Source: Synechococcales cyanobacterium VAR_4_metabat_354
GTDB taxonomy: Bacteria > Cyanobacteriota > Cyanobacteriia > Cyanobacteriales > Chamaesiphonaceae
Direction: 5' to 3'
Assembly (NCBI GenBank): GCA_031414775.1
Contig: JANOQI010000062.1
Location: 64,001 to 128,000 of the forward strand
Length of the DNA: 64,000 nt
The position numbers were made by a program, and so were the translations under genes. Of the stretch, positions 9,551 to 19,920 are shown piece by piece; the stretch's first letter is position 1, and each line of letters begins with the position of its first letter. The notes beneath the pieces are model-generated. The model did no database searches and was not told where the DNA came from. It was given only the letters and a program-made list of their open reading frames with translations.

Positions 9551-10087
9551 ATGGTCAACACTCCCACCAAGAAACTTACCAAAGCAGAATTTTGGGCGAT
9601 CGCCGATGCTGCTGATGTCACCTATGAATTAATTGATGGAATTCCTATTGCCAAAATGTCACCTAAGTATTTTCATTCTCGCTCCACTGGTGAAATTTTT
9701 ATAATTTTGAGGAGCTGGGCTAACAACCGAGGTCGAGTAGGAGTTGAATGGTCAATCGATCTCCGCGATAACTTCACCCCCGTACCAGATTTGCTCTATG
9801 TATCCTTTGATAAATTACCCATCACTTGGCAAGAAAACGCCGCTTGCCCAGTTGCCCCAGAACTAGCCATCGAAATCATTTCTCCTGGTCAGACCTTTGG
9901 CCAAATGACCCAAAAAGCCAGTAGCTACCTCACCAACGGCATCCTGCGCGTATGGGTGATCGACCCCACCGCAAAGATCCTAACCGTTTTTTATCCCGAT
10001 GCCGCACCAATTACATACAGCGGCACCCAAATTATTTCCGACCCAATTTTTCCAGACCTCTCGATTATTGCCAACCAGCTGTTTTGA
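9551..10087 (+). CDS. Uma2 family endonuclease-like protein
   Basis: YELIDG, PDL, PELAIEIISP, VWVIDP motifs. Confidence 0.92.
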   Translation: MVNTPTKKLTKAEFWAIADAADVTYELIDGIPIAKMSPKYFHSRSTGEIFIILRSWANNRGRVGVEWSIDLRDNFTPVPDLLYVSFDKLPITWQENAACPVAPELAIEIISPGQTFGQMTQKASSYLTNGILRVWVIDPTAKILTVFYPDAAPITYSGTQIISDPIFPDLSIIANQLF

Positions 10088-10181
10088 CCAAATTTCGTTA
10101 AGCTGAACAAAAGCCAGGAACGATAAAAGTCCCATGAAAGGAAAATCATTGCCGCCCAATTTGATCATTAACTCATGCTGT

Positions 10182-10640
10182 TTATGGATGGAAATGCTGC
10201 CAATAATGGACGACTCGCCACCAAAAAATGTTACCGCCAAAGCCTAGACCCAAACCGAAGATCTGGCAAATGACCAACAGGATAAAATTGGAGAAGCGGC
10301 TAATGTTCAACTCATGCAAATCAATACTCCAGAGCAAAGCCGTAGCTAATACTAGCGAGGTGTAAATAAAAATTGGTAACTTGGTTAAAATAATGACGAG
10401 AAAGGTGGCGAGACCCATGACGCAAAATAGTGACCACAGACTGGCTCCAAACATCCCCTTCAACAAGGTATCTATTGCTTGATCGAAATAAATAGCAATA
10501 GTGTCGGCCATAATTGTGATTGTTATCAAAACCACCCAACGACTGGGCAGATGCCAATTCGCTGATAGCCAGCCAAAAATGGCGTAGGTTAGAATTAGAA
10601 ATGCTCCAGATAGCCACAGGGGAGATTTCGATCGAGGCAT
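10182..10640 (-). CDS. hypothetical membrane protein
   Basis: About 5 hydrophobic segments; downstream of apcD. Confidence 0.7.
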   Translation of the reverse strand: MPRSKSPLWLSGAFLILTYAIFGWLSANWHLPSRWVVLITITIMADTIAIYFDQAIDTLLKGMFGASLWSLFCVMGLATFLVIILTKLPIFIYTSLVLATALLWSIDLHELNISRFSNFILLVICQIFGLGLGFGGNIFWWRVVHYWQHFHP

Positions 10641-10742
10641 GGTGAAACCCAGTGCAATTATTCTAATTTAAGGTATTTTCATATAAAAATAACCACCGAT
10701 CGCAGCTAGTGTTCACGGTGGTGATATTGAAGTTGAATACTC

Positions 10743-11228
10743 TTAGGACATAGATTGAATGATGTAATCAAAGTAAGGTGCCGCAGCAGCAGCATCTTCA
10801 GTAGTCAACAACTTAAGAGACGCATCCTTGAGGCAAGAAATCGAATCTACCATCCCAGGGACAGGTACACCTAAAGAGTTATACATTTCCTTGACCCCAA
10901 CAATACCGATACTCTCGATCGGATCCTTATCACCAGCCAATACTCCGTAAGTAACCAGGCGTAGGTACCAACCATAGTCGCGCAGACACTGAGCACGGGG
11001 CTTGGTTTGATAGGCATTGCCACCAGGAGCAATATAGTCGGGATGAATTCTCCACAACTCTTTACTGGCCTGCTCGACAATCTTCTTTTCGCCTTCGGCC
11101 AAAATAGTGGCAATCCGAACGCGCTGTTCACCGGTTTGTAAAAATTCTTGAATATTTCTCAGTTCGCCACTGCTAGGATATCGCAGCTCATCATCGGCCT
11201 TGAGAATAACTTGGCTAACTACGCTCAT
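10743..11228 (-). CDS. apcD: allophycocyanin alpha-B subunit
   Basis: [43 protein letters not shown]; 161 aa. Confidence 0.97.
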   Translation of the reverse strand: MSVVSQVILKADDELRYPSSGELRNIQEFLQTGEQRVRIATILAEGEKKIVEQASKELWRIHPDYIAPGGNAYQTKPRAQCLRDYGWYLRLVTYGVLAGDKDPIESIGIVGVKEMYNSLGVPVPGMVDSISCLKDASLKLLTTEDAAAAAPYFDYIIQSMS

Positions 11229-11430
11229 ATTTATAAAGTTATATTTTCATGATCTCTCATGTAAGTTTACCTTATTAGGCTGGCGGGGACTGATGGCTGG
11301 GCAAAGACCATTAACAGAAGTTAACAAAGAGGATAGCAGGGTATAGACAATCATCCAGTAACTTCGACCTCAAAGCAGCCAGTTTTACGTTAGAATCTAT
11401 CAGCTCCAAATCACTTGCCAGAGAAGCCCA

Positions 11431-12834
11431 ATGACAGCCACCGCAGAATCCGTTAACTCTTGGCACCAAGGCGCACTAGTCACCATCGAAATCACTGATA
11501 TTAATGATGCTGGTGAAGGAGTTGGTCGGATCGACTCCCACGTAGTATTTGTACCCGATACGGCGGTGGGCGATTGGGCAGATGTGCGTCTAGTGCACCT
11601 CAAACGTAATCACGGCTATGGCCAGCTTCAGAATTTGGTGATTGAATCACCCGATCGAACTCGTCCCAGCTGCATCGTGGCCGACAAATGTGGCGGTTGT
11701 CAGCTTCAGCATATTAATTACACCGCTCAACTAGCGGCTAAACAGAATCAGGTCATCCAAACCCTGCGCCGGATCGGGGGAATCGATCCAGCCTTAGTCA
11801 GTCCAATTATCGGTGCCCCAGTCGATCTAGGCTATCGGAACAAGGCCACCTATCCTTTATCTCAGTCGCCATCCGGTCAGGTTAAGGCCGGGTACTACCA
11901 AAAAGGCACTCACAAAATTGTGAACCTTAACCAGTGTCCGATCCAAGATGAACGCCTAAATCCGCTACTGGCTCAAGTCAAACAAGACATTCGTTACCAA
12001 GACTGGCCGATTTATGATCCAAACGTCAGCACCGAGCAAGCCCAACTGCGCCACTTATCGCTGCGCATTGGTCGGCGCACAGGCGAAATCCTGTTGACTT
12101 TGGTGGCTACTGATGGCGATCTACCCAACATTTTCGAACAGGCTCAGTCTTGGTTAGATAACTATCCGGCGATTGTAGGGGTCTGTCTCAATCGTCAAAA
12201 TCGCCGCGACAACGTGATTTTTGGCCCAGCGACTCAAACTATTGTGGGCCGCGACCATGTCAAAGAGGTTTTTGCCGATCTCCAGTGGCAGCTGGGCGCT
12301 GATACCTTTTTCCAGATTTATACTGAACAGGCCGAAGTCTTATTAAAAGTAATTCAAGATCATCTGACTTTGACTGGGCAAGAATTTTTACTAGATGCCT
12401 ATTGCGGTATCGGCACTTTTGCGCTGCCGTTGGCTAAGCATGTGAAAAAAGTGCTAGGCATTGAATCCCATACGGCCTCTGTAGCTCAAGCTCAGTTTAA
12501 TGCTCAGCTCAACCACATTACTAATGTCGAATTTGTGGCTGGTGACTGTAGTGAATTAATGCCCGAGTTAATCGATCGACCAAATATTGTATTTTTAGAT
12601 CCCCCTCGCCAAGGTTGCGATCGAAAGGTCATTGAAACGCTCATTGGTCGGCCACCCACTCAGCTGGTTTACATCAGCTGTAAGCCCTCCACTCAAGCCC
12701 GCGATCTGAAGATCCTACTAGATTCTGGTCGTTACGAATTGAAAAAAGTGCAGCCAATCGATTTCTTCCCTCAGACCGCTCATGTCGAGTGTGCTGCTTT
12801 TTTGCGATCGATTCCAGTTACGGACACCATATAG
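11431..12834 (+). CDS. rlmD: 23S rRNA (uracil-1939-C5)-methyltransferase
   Basis: TRAM domain, C..CGGC Fe-S motif, FFQ, LDAYCGIG, DPPRQG, DFFPQTAHVEC. Confidence 0.95.
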   Translation: MTATAESVNSWHQGALVTIEITDINDAGEGVGRIDSHVVFVPDTAVGDWADVRLVHLKRNHGYGQLQNLVIESPDRTRPSCIVADKCGGCQLQHINYTAQLAAKQNQVIQTLRRIGGIDPALVSPIIGAPVDLGYRNKATYPLSQSPSGQVKAGYYQKGTHKIVNLNQCPIQDERLNPLLAQVKQDIRYQDWPIYDPNVSTEQAQLRHLSLRIGRRTGEILLTLVATDGDLPNIFEQAQSWLDNYPAIVGVCLNRQNRRDNVIFGPATQTIVGRDHVKEVFADLQWQLGADTFFQIYTEQAEVLLKVIQDHLTLTGQEFLLDAYCGIGTFALPLAKHVKKVLGIESHTASVAQAQFNAQLNHITNVEFVAGDCSELMPELIDRPNIVFLDPPRQGCDRKVIETLIGRPPTQLVYISCKPSTQARDLKILLDSGRYELKKVQPIDFFPQTAHVECAAFLRSIPVTDTI

Positions 12835-12972
12835 GTCAATCTGTATCAAGGTAGACCAATCAAATAAATACGGTTACAATGGTAGGCATCTAGGCTAAAA
12901 ACAAGCGCCTAGTGGCCACCAGCTGGCTTCGGTATTTTTTAACACTCCAAACCTAGGGCAGATTGAATTGCT

Positions 12973-13419
12973 ATGACAATGGCAAGTGCAACAGGATACG
13001 ATTGGGACAGAATTACTTTTGCCTCAACTCTCTTTTTATGTCCAATTCTTGACCAAATTCTGGCCGCAGTGCCCAAGAAATGGCATCCAGAAATTAGACT
13101 AGGTTTACAAGAAGCGTTAGTAAACGCTGCCAAGCACGGAAACAATCTTGACCCTCAAAAAAAAATTGTTGTCCATTTTTCTTTTACAGAAGGTGAATAT
13201 TGGTGGATTATTTCTGATGAAGGTGGGGGTTTTGAGTCACCTTGTGACTGTCATCAAACTATTGCCGAGAAGCTACCAGAAAGCGAATCAGAATCTGGCC
13301 GAGGAATGTCACTATTGCACCAGATATTCGATCGGGTGGTGTGGAATGTCCAAGGTACTGAGTTAAGGCTCTGCAAGCAGCTTCGTTGTAAAGCTGGGCG
13401 TGAGCCATTTTTATGCTGA
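12973..13419 (+). CDS. pmgA: PmgA-like anti-sigma-factor/HATPase_c regulatory protein
   Basis: FASTLFLCPILD, LGLQEALVNAAKHGN, DEGGGF, ESGRGM. Confidence 0.85.
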   Translation: MTMASATGYDWDRITFASTLFLCPILDQILAAVPKKWHPEIRLGLQEALVNAAKHGNNLDPQKKIVVHFSFTEGEYWWIISDEGGGFESPCDCHQTIAEKLPESESESGRGMSLLHQIFDRVVWNVQGTELRLCKQLRCKAGREPFLC

Positions 13420-13462
13420 AAAAAGTTGAAATCTTTATCTAAAATTTTCAAAAAATATTCTA

Positions 13463-13497
13463 TTAAAAAGCCCGAACTAGTTGTTCGGGCTTTTTAA
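13463..13497. terminator. bidirectional rho-independent terminator
   Basis: TTAAAAAGCCCGAAC-TAGTT-GTTCGGGCTTTTTAA between convergent genes. Confidence 0.85.
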
Positions 13498-13528
13498 TTA
13501 ATTGATTTCTACTTAATTCACACCAAAA

Positions 13529-13891
13529 CTATTGCTTAACTTCACAAGTCAAAGGACAAGCTGCATAAGTAATTGTTTGCAAAGTATTGCCTTTGCCATT
13601 CAACCAGCTCAACCAAGTAACTTCGTCAGGGTGAATACCTTTCATTGTCAAAACTGCCGCAATTAACAAGACAGCTAAGATATTCGCGGCAAAGATTCCA
13701 CCAGCAACTAGTAAAACCGCACTTACCGGTAAGACTGGGTGCAAAGCTACTGATAGTAGAGCACCTACTGTCGCCATTACTGCTACCAAAGGAAAACCTA
13801 CTACTAGCAAGCACACAGCGAGGGTAAAGCACCAGATGAGAAAGCTCTTCCCAGTAGACAGGTAATTTTTTCTTGTTGTGGCTAATTGCAT
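13529..13891 (-). CDS. conserved cyanobacterial hypothetical membrane protein
   Basis: Long hydrophobic stretch, KGIHPDEVTWLSWL, C-terminal CPLTC; GGAG RBS upstream. Confidence 0.8.
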   Translation of the reverse strand: MQLATTRKNYLSTGKSFLIWCFTLAVCLLVVGFPLVAVMATVGALLSVALHPVLPVSAVLLVAGGIFAANILAVLLIAAVLTMKGIHPDEVTWLSWLNGKGNTLQTITYAACPLTCEVKQ

Positions 13892-14390
13892 TTTTTATCT
13901 CCAGTAGTTTTTACGAATACCATCAAAGATTGGACGAATTAGGTCTCTCTCGGTATGGGGATCAATTTTCTTGGTCTCTTTAATATAGAGGATGTTGCCG
14001 GAGAAGTATGAGGACTCCTATATGAAAGTTTACACAAATCATCACAACGATGAGTCTAATTACTCATAAGATTATTTTAATTCTTATACTAAAAAATATG
14101 AAAAGCGATTGAAAGATTGATTTCTGAAGGGTTAATAACTGCTGGAAATACTGCTGGATAAAAACTACCTGAAGTAACATGATTCTAATTAGTGCAGTCC
14201 AAATTATCCGTCTTAAAGGCTGCGGTCATTGGTGAATAATATTTACATTTTGTAATTATATCCAGACAAATAAAAATAGGTTAACGAATACAGCAAAAGT
14301 TATATGGATAAATCAGCGGTGCGGTCTGGGTACTCTGAAAATATAGTCGGAAAACATTTAGTATCGATCGATTGAGGAATTATTTAAATT

Positions 14391-15590
14391 ATGCCTAGCC
14401 CACCACCACCACCAACTCAGAACAGCTCAATATTTACAGGTACCCTGGATACCAATGAAGTACCGGTCTTTAACCGTCGCCCGACCCAAGCGCAAGCAGA
14501 AGATGTAACCGTGGCAAGCCTCCCCAACGGACAGCCCACTATTGAACAGCTGATTACCGAAGCCTTTACGAAAGGTTACTCTGATGTGCATGTGGGGGTT
14601 GGTGAAGAACCACGTTTTCGCAATCGGGGAGAAATTGAGACCACTAGCTACCCCGAAACCGATCAGCTGACTTTCCAGTGTTGGCTACAAGAACTGTTAA
14701 CTGATGAAGAAATTCGCAAGTTTGAAGAGAACCTGGATTTTGATGGAGCAACTCAGTACGACTTTGCCCGGGTACGAATCAATGTTTTTGATTCTCTCAA
14801 TGGCCCCGGCATGGTGATGCGTTTGATTCCCCTCAAGATTATGACCTTGGAGCAGTTGCGGCTACCACAGATTTTCAAGGATGTTTGTCAATATCATAAG
14901 GGTTTGATTTTGGTGACTGGCCCAACTGGTTCGGGCAAATCTACTACGATGGCAGCGATGGTAGACTATATGAACCAAGAAATGCCTCGCCATATTATTA
15001 CGATCGAAGACCCGGTAGAATTCATTCACAAAAGCCAGCGAGCCTTAATTAAGCACCGGGAAGTGGGTACCAACACGCTCAAATTTGATGTGGCGCTTAA
15101 GGCCGCTTTGCGTGAAGACCCCGATGTGATTTTGATTGGGGAAATGCGCGATCGAGAGACTGTCAACACGGCTCTAAAAGCGGCTCAAACCGGTCACTTA
15201 GTAATTGGTACTTTGCATACTAATAGTGCCATTAAGACGATCGAACGTATTTTGGGCTTGTATGATGCTGACGAACAACCAGCTATGCGGGTAGCTTTAG
15301 CTGAATCGTTAGTGGCGGTAATTGCTCAGGGTCTATGTCGCACTACCGATGGTAAACGGGCTGCGTATCATGACATTTTGATTAATACGGAAACTGTCAA
15401 AGATTATGTCCGAGATGGCAAGTATGACGAAATTAATGAGTTGATGCTGGATGGTGAGTTCAGCGGCATGATTACGATGAACAAGTCGCTATTTAATCTT
15501 TATCAGGAAGGTCGGGTGACGGAGGAAATTGCGCTGGAATTGTCACCAACTCCAAATGAGATGGCGATGATGCTACGTGGTCGGATTTAA
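14391..15590 (+). CDS. pilT: type IV pilus retraction ATPase (PilT2-type, Pro-rich N-terminus)
   Basis: SDVHVGVG, GPTGSGKSTT, TIEDPVE, LREDPDVILIGEMRD, TGHLVIGTLHT. Confidence 0.95.
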   Translation: MPSPPPPPTQNSSIFTGTLDTNEVPVFNRRPTQAQAEDVTVASLPNGQPTIEQLITEAFTKGYSDVHVGVGEEPRFRNRGEIETTSYPETDQLTFQCWLQELLTDEEIRKFEENLDFDGATQYDFARVRINVFDSLNGPGMVMRLIPLKIMTLEQLRLPQIFKDVCQYHKGLILVTGPTGSGKSTTMAAMVDYMNQEMPRHIITIEDPVEFIHKSQRALIKHREVGTNTLKFDVALKAALREDPDVILIGEMRDRETVNTALKAAQTGHLVIGTLHTNSAIKTIERILGLYDADEQPAMRVALAESLVAVIAQGLCRTTDGKRAAYHDILINTETVKDYVRDGKYDEINELMLDGEFSGMITMNKSLFNLYQEGRVTEEIALELSPTPNEMAMMLRGRI

Positions 15591-15720
15591 CCTAACTTGG
15601 GCGTTGCTTAATCAAGGTACAAGAGCAGCCCAGTGGCGTACAGAAAAAACAAGTTAGGATCTAGCTACTAGCCAAATACATAGTCGATCGATCCTAACCA
15701 GAGCTGTTGCCAGAGGTTGT

Positions 15721-16152
15721 ATGCAATACGAAATTACTACCCAAATACCCACAGTTAGTGAATACCAATTTTTGAGAGCAGCGGTAGGTTGGCACAACCA
15801 CACGGTAACAGTGGCAGAACAATCACTCCAAAATTCTCTGTACAGTGTATGTGCAGTTCATGAAAATGATGTAATTGGCTGTGGAAGAGTGGTTGGGGAT
15901 GGTTATATCTATTTTTATCTACAAGATGTGATCGTTTTGCCAAAATATCAAGGTCATGGCATTGGCTTCAAAATTACTGAAAACATCCAGAACCATGTAC
16001 TATCGATCGCGCAGCCCGGTGCTTTCTTTGGTCTGATGGCTGCTGATGGTGCTGCGAGTATGTATGAAAAATTTGGCTTTGCCTGCCGACCCCCAAACAG
16101 GCCAGGGATGTCCATGTGGATCGACAAAGACTCGTTCACTAAATCACAATGA
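15721..16152 (+). CDS. GNAT family N-acetyltransferase
   Basis: GCGRVVGDG, DVIVLPKYQGHGIG, MYEKFGF. Confidence 0.9.
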   Translation: MQYEITTQIPTVSEYQFLRAAVGWHNHTVTVAEQSLQNSLYSVCAVHENDVIGCGRVVGDGYIYFYLQDVIVLPKYQGHGIGFKITENIQNHVLSIAQPGAFFGLMAADGAASMYEKFGFACRPPNRPGMSMWIDKDSFTKSQ

Positions 16153-16201
16153 TGCGATCGATCTCAACATCCCAATCCAACGAAAAAATCTATTTCTACA
16201 C

Positions 16202-16633
16202 TTAATCTTTCAATGTCAATGTTTCTGGCGGATAATCGGCACCCTCCAGCATCACCATCGTAATTACCCCGTAGGCATCCACCCAAGCTTGCTTAACATC
16301 AGGAGTCCATGCCGTTCCGGCAAAACTAGCCATAGTTTTCAGCAAAGAACTGCCCACTAACGGATAGTGTTGCGGCAACACGCCATACTTTACATGGCGA
16401 GTCCCCAAACCTTGCAGCGTTGAAGTCAATAACTCGGAGTTGCGCAGATTATCTACCACGAACTTTAGAGAGTCAGCGAGATGACCTCCTTGCTCATTCA
16501 TTTGTGTATTAACAAACAGGGGCTGAATGTCAGGATAATCATTTAAAAGATTGGCATAAAAAGCAGCCGGGAAATCACGGTTAGAATTTTGGACTACTTG
16601 AAAACTGGCTTCTAAAACTTCCACATTCAACAT
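16202..16633 (-). CDS. single-domain globin (flavohaemoglobin-like globin domain)
   Basis: FY..L...P.I.PLF, LGTRHVKYGV..QHYPLVG, WTPDVKQAW..AY. Confidence 0.9.
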   Translation of the reverse strand: MLNVEVLEASFQVVQNSNRDFPAAFYANLLNDYPDIQPLFVNTQMNEQGGHLADSLKFVVDNLRNSELLTSTLQGLGTRHVKYGVLPQHYPLVGSSLLKTMASFAGTAWTPDVKQAWVDAYGVITMVMLEGADYPPETLTLKD

Positions 16634-16788
16634 CAAAACTTACCATCAGCTATTATTTAAGACGCCTAAACATTAGGGTGAATTAGCACAGCCTGTCAAC
16701 GGTTCAGGTTTTTGTCCTCTCTTAGATAGTTAAAATAGGATGGAGATATTATCCACCAACAATCATTTTAAATATAGAGTGCCAAGAT

Positions 16789-18210
16789 TTGAAGCTGCTT
16801 AATCGTCCCACCAACAACCTGCGGTTAGAGCGCACCTTGGCACTACTAGCTCTGCTTAATTTTGGCCTAGTCCTGTTTGACCTCAGCTACATCCCCTGGC
16901 GTAATTTGTACTTTCGCTACTTAAATCCCATCACCAAAATCTACGACCCGATCAAGGGCATCGAGCCACATCGAGAAACAGTTCAGTATTTAGCGGCTGT
17001 CGATCGATTAAAAAAACAAACTCAAGCCCAGGGCTGGCGATCAGCGGCAGTATCAGCCACCATCCAAGACTTGGGCGAGCAAAGCACCAAGATGATTGAA
17101 ACCAATCCTTTTCAGCTGGCCGGTAAAACTGGCGCATTAGAAAAAATTAAAAATCGGATGCGCGAGCACATGCGCCAAGAGTCTGCCCGTAGTGCTTTTC
17201 GGGCTTTTTGGAATGTTGAACATTTGCAGCGAGTCAGTATCGAATCAGAACTAGCCTACTTCGATCGTCAGATTCGGCCACTTATCGACATCAACTATTT
17301 CCGCGAGACCGGGGAAGATGGTGATTTTGTCGATAACTTTTGGTGGATTGACCTAGGGTTTGTAGTAATTTTTGCCATTGATCTGGGTCGGCGCTGGCTC
17401 ATCTCACGCCGCCGCAAACCAAGCATCACTTGGCGGCAAGCCGTCTTCAGTCGCTGGTACGATCTCTTTTTGCTATCGCCTTGGTTCCGCTTCCTACGCA
17501 TTGTGCCCTTAACCATTCGCTGGCACCAAGCATCACTAATCAATTTATCGGCGGTGCAACATCAACTCAACAGTTTGGTGGTGGGCGAGTTGGCCGATGA
17601 GCTAACGCAAGTAGTAGTCACCCAAATCTTGAGTCAAGCCCAAGGCTCCATTAAAAATGGGGTAGCTTCTAAACTGTTGATCGATCGATTGCAGCGTTCC
17701 TACATTGATCTTAATAATATTAATGAAGTAGAAGCAATCGCCCAGATTATTTTAGAAATTGCCATCTATCGCGTCTTGCCCAAGATCCAGCCCGATTTAG
17801 AAGAAATCGCCAATCACCTGTTCCAAAAAGCGCTGATTGATTCACCAGCTTTTCAAAGTTTGAAAGTAATCCCGGGTTTTGCTGCCGCGCCCCAGCAACT
17901 CACTGGGCAATTAGTGCGCCAGATTTCTGATGCTCTATATATCGGTTTGACCAAAGCTGTCAGCGATCCACAAAATGGTAAGCTTTCCCGGCGACTGGCC
18001 GAGAACTTCACTACCGCCCTGGGTGCCGAACTGCAAAAAAGTCATACCGTGGCCAAGCTAGAGTCATTGCTAGCCGATTTGATCGAAGAAGTTAAAGTCA
18101 GCTACGTCAATGCCGACGATTTAAGTCGGCCAGAGGGTGACATCATTATCCCCATAGAAAACCCCAAAATTGACGCAGACCAATTCACCCAAGATAAATT
18201 GCAATTCTAA
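16789..18210 (+). CDS. conserved cyanobacterial hypothetical membrane protein
   Basis: LVLFDLSYIPWR, YDPIKGIEPHRET, GALEKIKNRMR. Confidence 0.8.
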   Translation: MKLLNRPTNNLRLERTLALLALLNFGLVLFDLSYIPWRNLYFRYLNPITKIYDPIKGIEPHRETVQYLAAVDRLKKQTQAQGWRSAAVSATIQDLGEQSTKMIETNPFQLAGKTGALEKIKNRMREHMRQESARSAFRAFWNVEHLQRVSIESELAYFDRQIRPLIDINYFRETGEDGDFVDNFWWIDLGFVVIFAIDLGRRWLISRRRKPSITWRQAVFSRWYDLFLLSPWFRFLRIVPLTIRWHQASLINLSAVQHQLNSLVVGELADELTQVVVTQILSQAQGSIKNGVASKLLIDRLQRSYIDLNNINEVEAIAQIILEIAIYRVLPKIQPDLEEIANHLFQKALIDSPAFQSLKVIPGFAAAPQQLTGQLVRQISDALYIGLTKAVSDPQNGKLSRRLAENFTTALGAELQKSHTVAKLESLLADLIEEVKVSYVNADDLSRPEGDIIIPIENPKIDADQFTQDKLQF

Positions 18211-18552
18211 CCAGTTTTCCTTAAAAAAGTAGGATTCCATATGGCCATAGTCTTCCAAGAAATACTCTTCCCCAATCATCTCTTCTAGGTTTTGGAGTAA
18301 TTCTTGTCGATCGAGTTCCCACGGATTGCACCAGGGAAATTGCACCGATTTATTATGAACTTCAATCCAGCCCAACCGGTCGTCATTACCATATTCAATT
18401 TTCAGTACCAGCTTGTGCTGATAATATTGCAGGTCGCGGTCTTCTAGCTCGTCAATATAAATTTTGTCCGGCTGGCCAAGAATTTGATAAATCTCTTGCT
18501 CGGTCATCCCAAAAACCAAGTCTCCTAGCCCTCTACCAATTTTGATTTGCAC
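18121..18552 (-). CDS. hypothetical acidic protein
   Basis: GLGDLVFGMTEQEI..ILGQPD N-terminus; ends LWPT; GTG start. Confidence 0.7.
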   Translation of the reverse strand: MQIKIGRGLGDLVFGMTEQEIYQILGQPDKIYIDELEDRDLQYYQHKLVLKIEYGNDDRLGWIEVHNKSVQFPWCNPWELDRQELLQNLEEMIGEEYFLEDYGHMESYFFKENWLELQFILGELVCVNFGVFYGDNDVTLWPT

Positions 18553-18584
18553 TGTTTGTCCTGAATTAACTAGCCGAGGTCGAG

Positions 18585-19142
18585 CTACCGCTTTGTCGGC
18601 TGAGCCGAGCGAACCGTCTGCACCACCAGCTTATCACCTACCTTTAACCCCAAGGTAACAGCGCGACCAGCGTTTAATTCAATTACTTGATCAATTAGCA
18701 CATCCGGCTTCGGACCATAGCTGGGGCAAGGCTCATCTTTGCAGGGTGCCACATCGATCTGAATATTTTTGATTACGCCTTTATTGAGAAACAGCATATC
18801 GAGCGGAATCAACGTGTTCTTCATCCAGAACTGCGCCGGTTGAGGCTTGCTAAAATTGAACACCATCCCGCGATCAGACGGCATACTGCGTCGAAACATT
18901 AAACCGATCGCCTGTTCTTGGCTAGAGTTAGCAACTTCCAGGTTAATGGTCTTTTTCTTAACTACTATTTGGGCGGCGATCGGCAAATTCTGCGCCCCGG
19001 GGAAACTAGGCTGAATTTGAGCTGGGCTGCTTTTCATGGCTGGTTTTGGTGGTGAGGCGGCGGAACTACAGCCCCCCAACAATGGAAACAAGCTCAGGAG
19101 CAAGCTGCGCCGCACTAGCAACATTTTAGATATCTTGGACAT
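18585..19142 (-). CDS. DUF192 domain lipoprotein
   Basis: LGGC lipobox-like motif, GLMFR, FWMKNTLIPLDMLF, VIELNAG. Confidence 0.9.
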   Translation of the reverse strand: MSKISKMLLVRRSLLLSLFPLLGGCSSAASPPKPAMKSSPAQIQPSFPGAQNLPIAAQIVVKKKTINLEVANSSQEQAIGLMFRRSMPSDRGMVFNFSKPQPAQFWMKNTLIPLDMLFLNKGVIKNIQIDVAPCKDEPCPSYGPKPDVLIDQVIELNAGRAVTLGLKVGDKLVVQTVRSAQPTKR

Positions 19143-19175
19143 AAATTTTAGATAGTTCCTTCCGCATTAATCATC

Positions 19176-19865
19176 CTAACTTTCGCGTAAAACATAGCCG
19201 GTACCGCGTACCGTCAAAATCAGGCGCTTTTCGCTGTCAGCATGAAGCTTCAGACGCAGGTAACGGATATAGACTTCAATAACATTAGATTCCCCTAAAA
19301 AATCATATCCCCAAACGTTTTCCAGGATTTGTTCGCGGGTTAAAACTTCACCGGGATGATTCATGAAGTAGCGCAGTAGCTCAAATTCTTTAGTGGTGAG
19401 GCTAATCGATCGACTGCCCCGCACGGCTTGCCGCGTGTCCAAATCCAAGGTTAGATCGCTGAACTGAATTTTTTGATGGGATACCGGCTGCACCTGTAAA
19501 TAAAACTGGAGCAGTTGCAGAAAGCCATGGGTATGGTAAGGCTTAACCAAATAATCATCAGCACCTGATTCTAGGCAGGCCACTCGATCGGCAATGCCGT
19601 CATGAGCCATCAACAACAGAACAGGCATCACGTAATTCTGTTCACGCAGCTGCTTCACAAAATCGAGGGCAGTATCTTTGGGCAGCTCGCGATCGACTAC
19701 CACCAATTGCGGTGGTTGCTGCCTGATTTGCAACCAACTACTCTGAACATTCTGGCTACTAAAAACCTGATAACCAGATTTGAACAGGTCTACATAAATC
19801 TTTTCGGCCAGAGTAGTATCATTCTCGATTAGTAAAATATAGGATGAGGCGGTAGAAGAAGACAT
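19176..19865 (-). CDS. nblR: OmpR-family response regulator NblR
   Basis: Atypical receiver (VVDREL, LMAHD, RVACLESGADDY) plus wHTH ESNVIEVYIRYLRLK; adjacent to DUF192. Confidence 0.85.
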   Translation of the reverse strand: MSSSTASSYILLIENDTTLAEKIYVDLFKSGYQVFSSQNVQSSWLQIRQQPPQLVVVDRELPKDTALDFVKQLREQNYVMPVLLLMAHDGIADRVACLESGADDYLVKPYHTHGFLQLLQFYLQVQPVSHQKIQFSDLTLDLDTRQAVRGSRSISLTTKEFELLRYFMNHPGEVLTREQILENVWGYDFLGESNVIEVYIRYLRLKLHADSEKRLILTVRGTGYVLRES

Positions 19866-19920
19866 ACTCAACTCGGACGATTTCTACTGTCATTCTAGCT
19901 GGCTGTGGAATACTTCGATC

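Noticed and set aside
9551..10087. Uma2 genes (here and at 50886-51542) as a defence system
   Set aside because: A highly expanded, scattered family in cyanobacteria; no associated system genes
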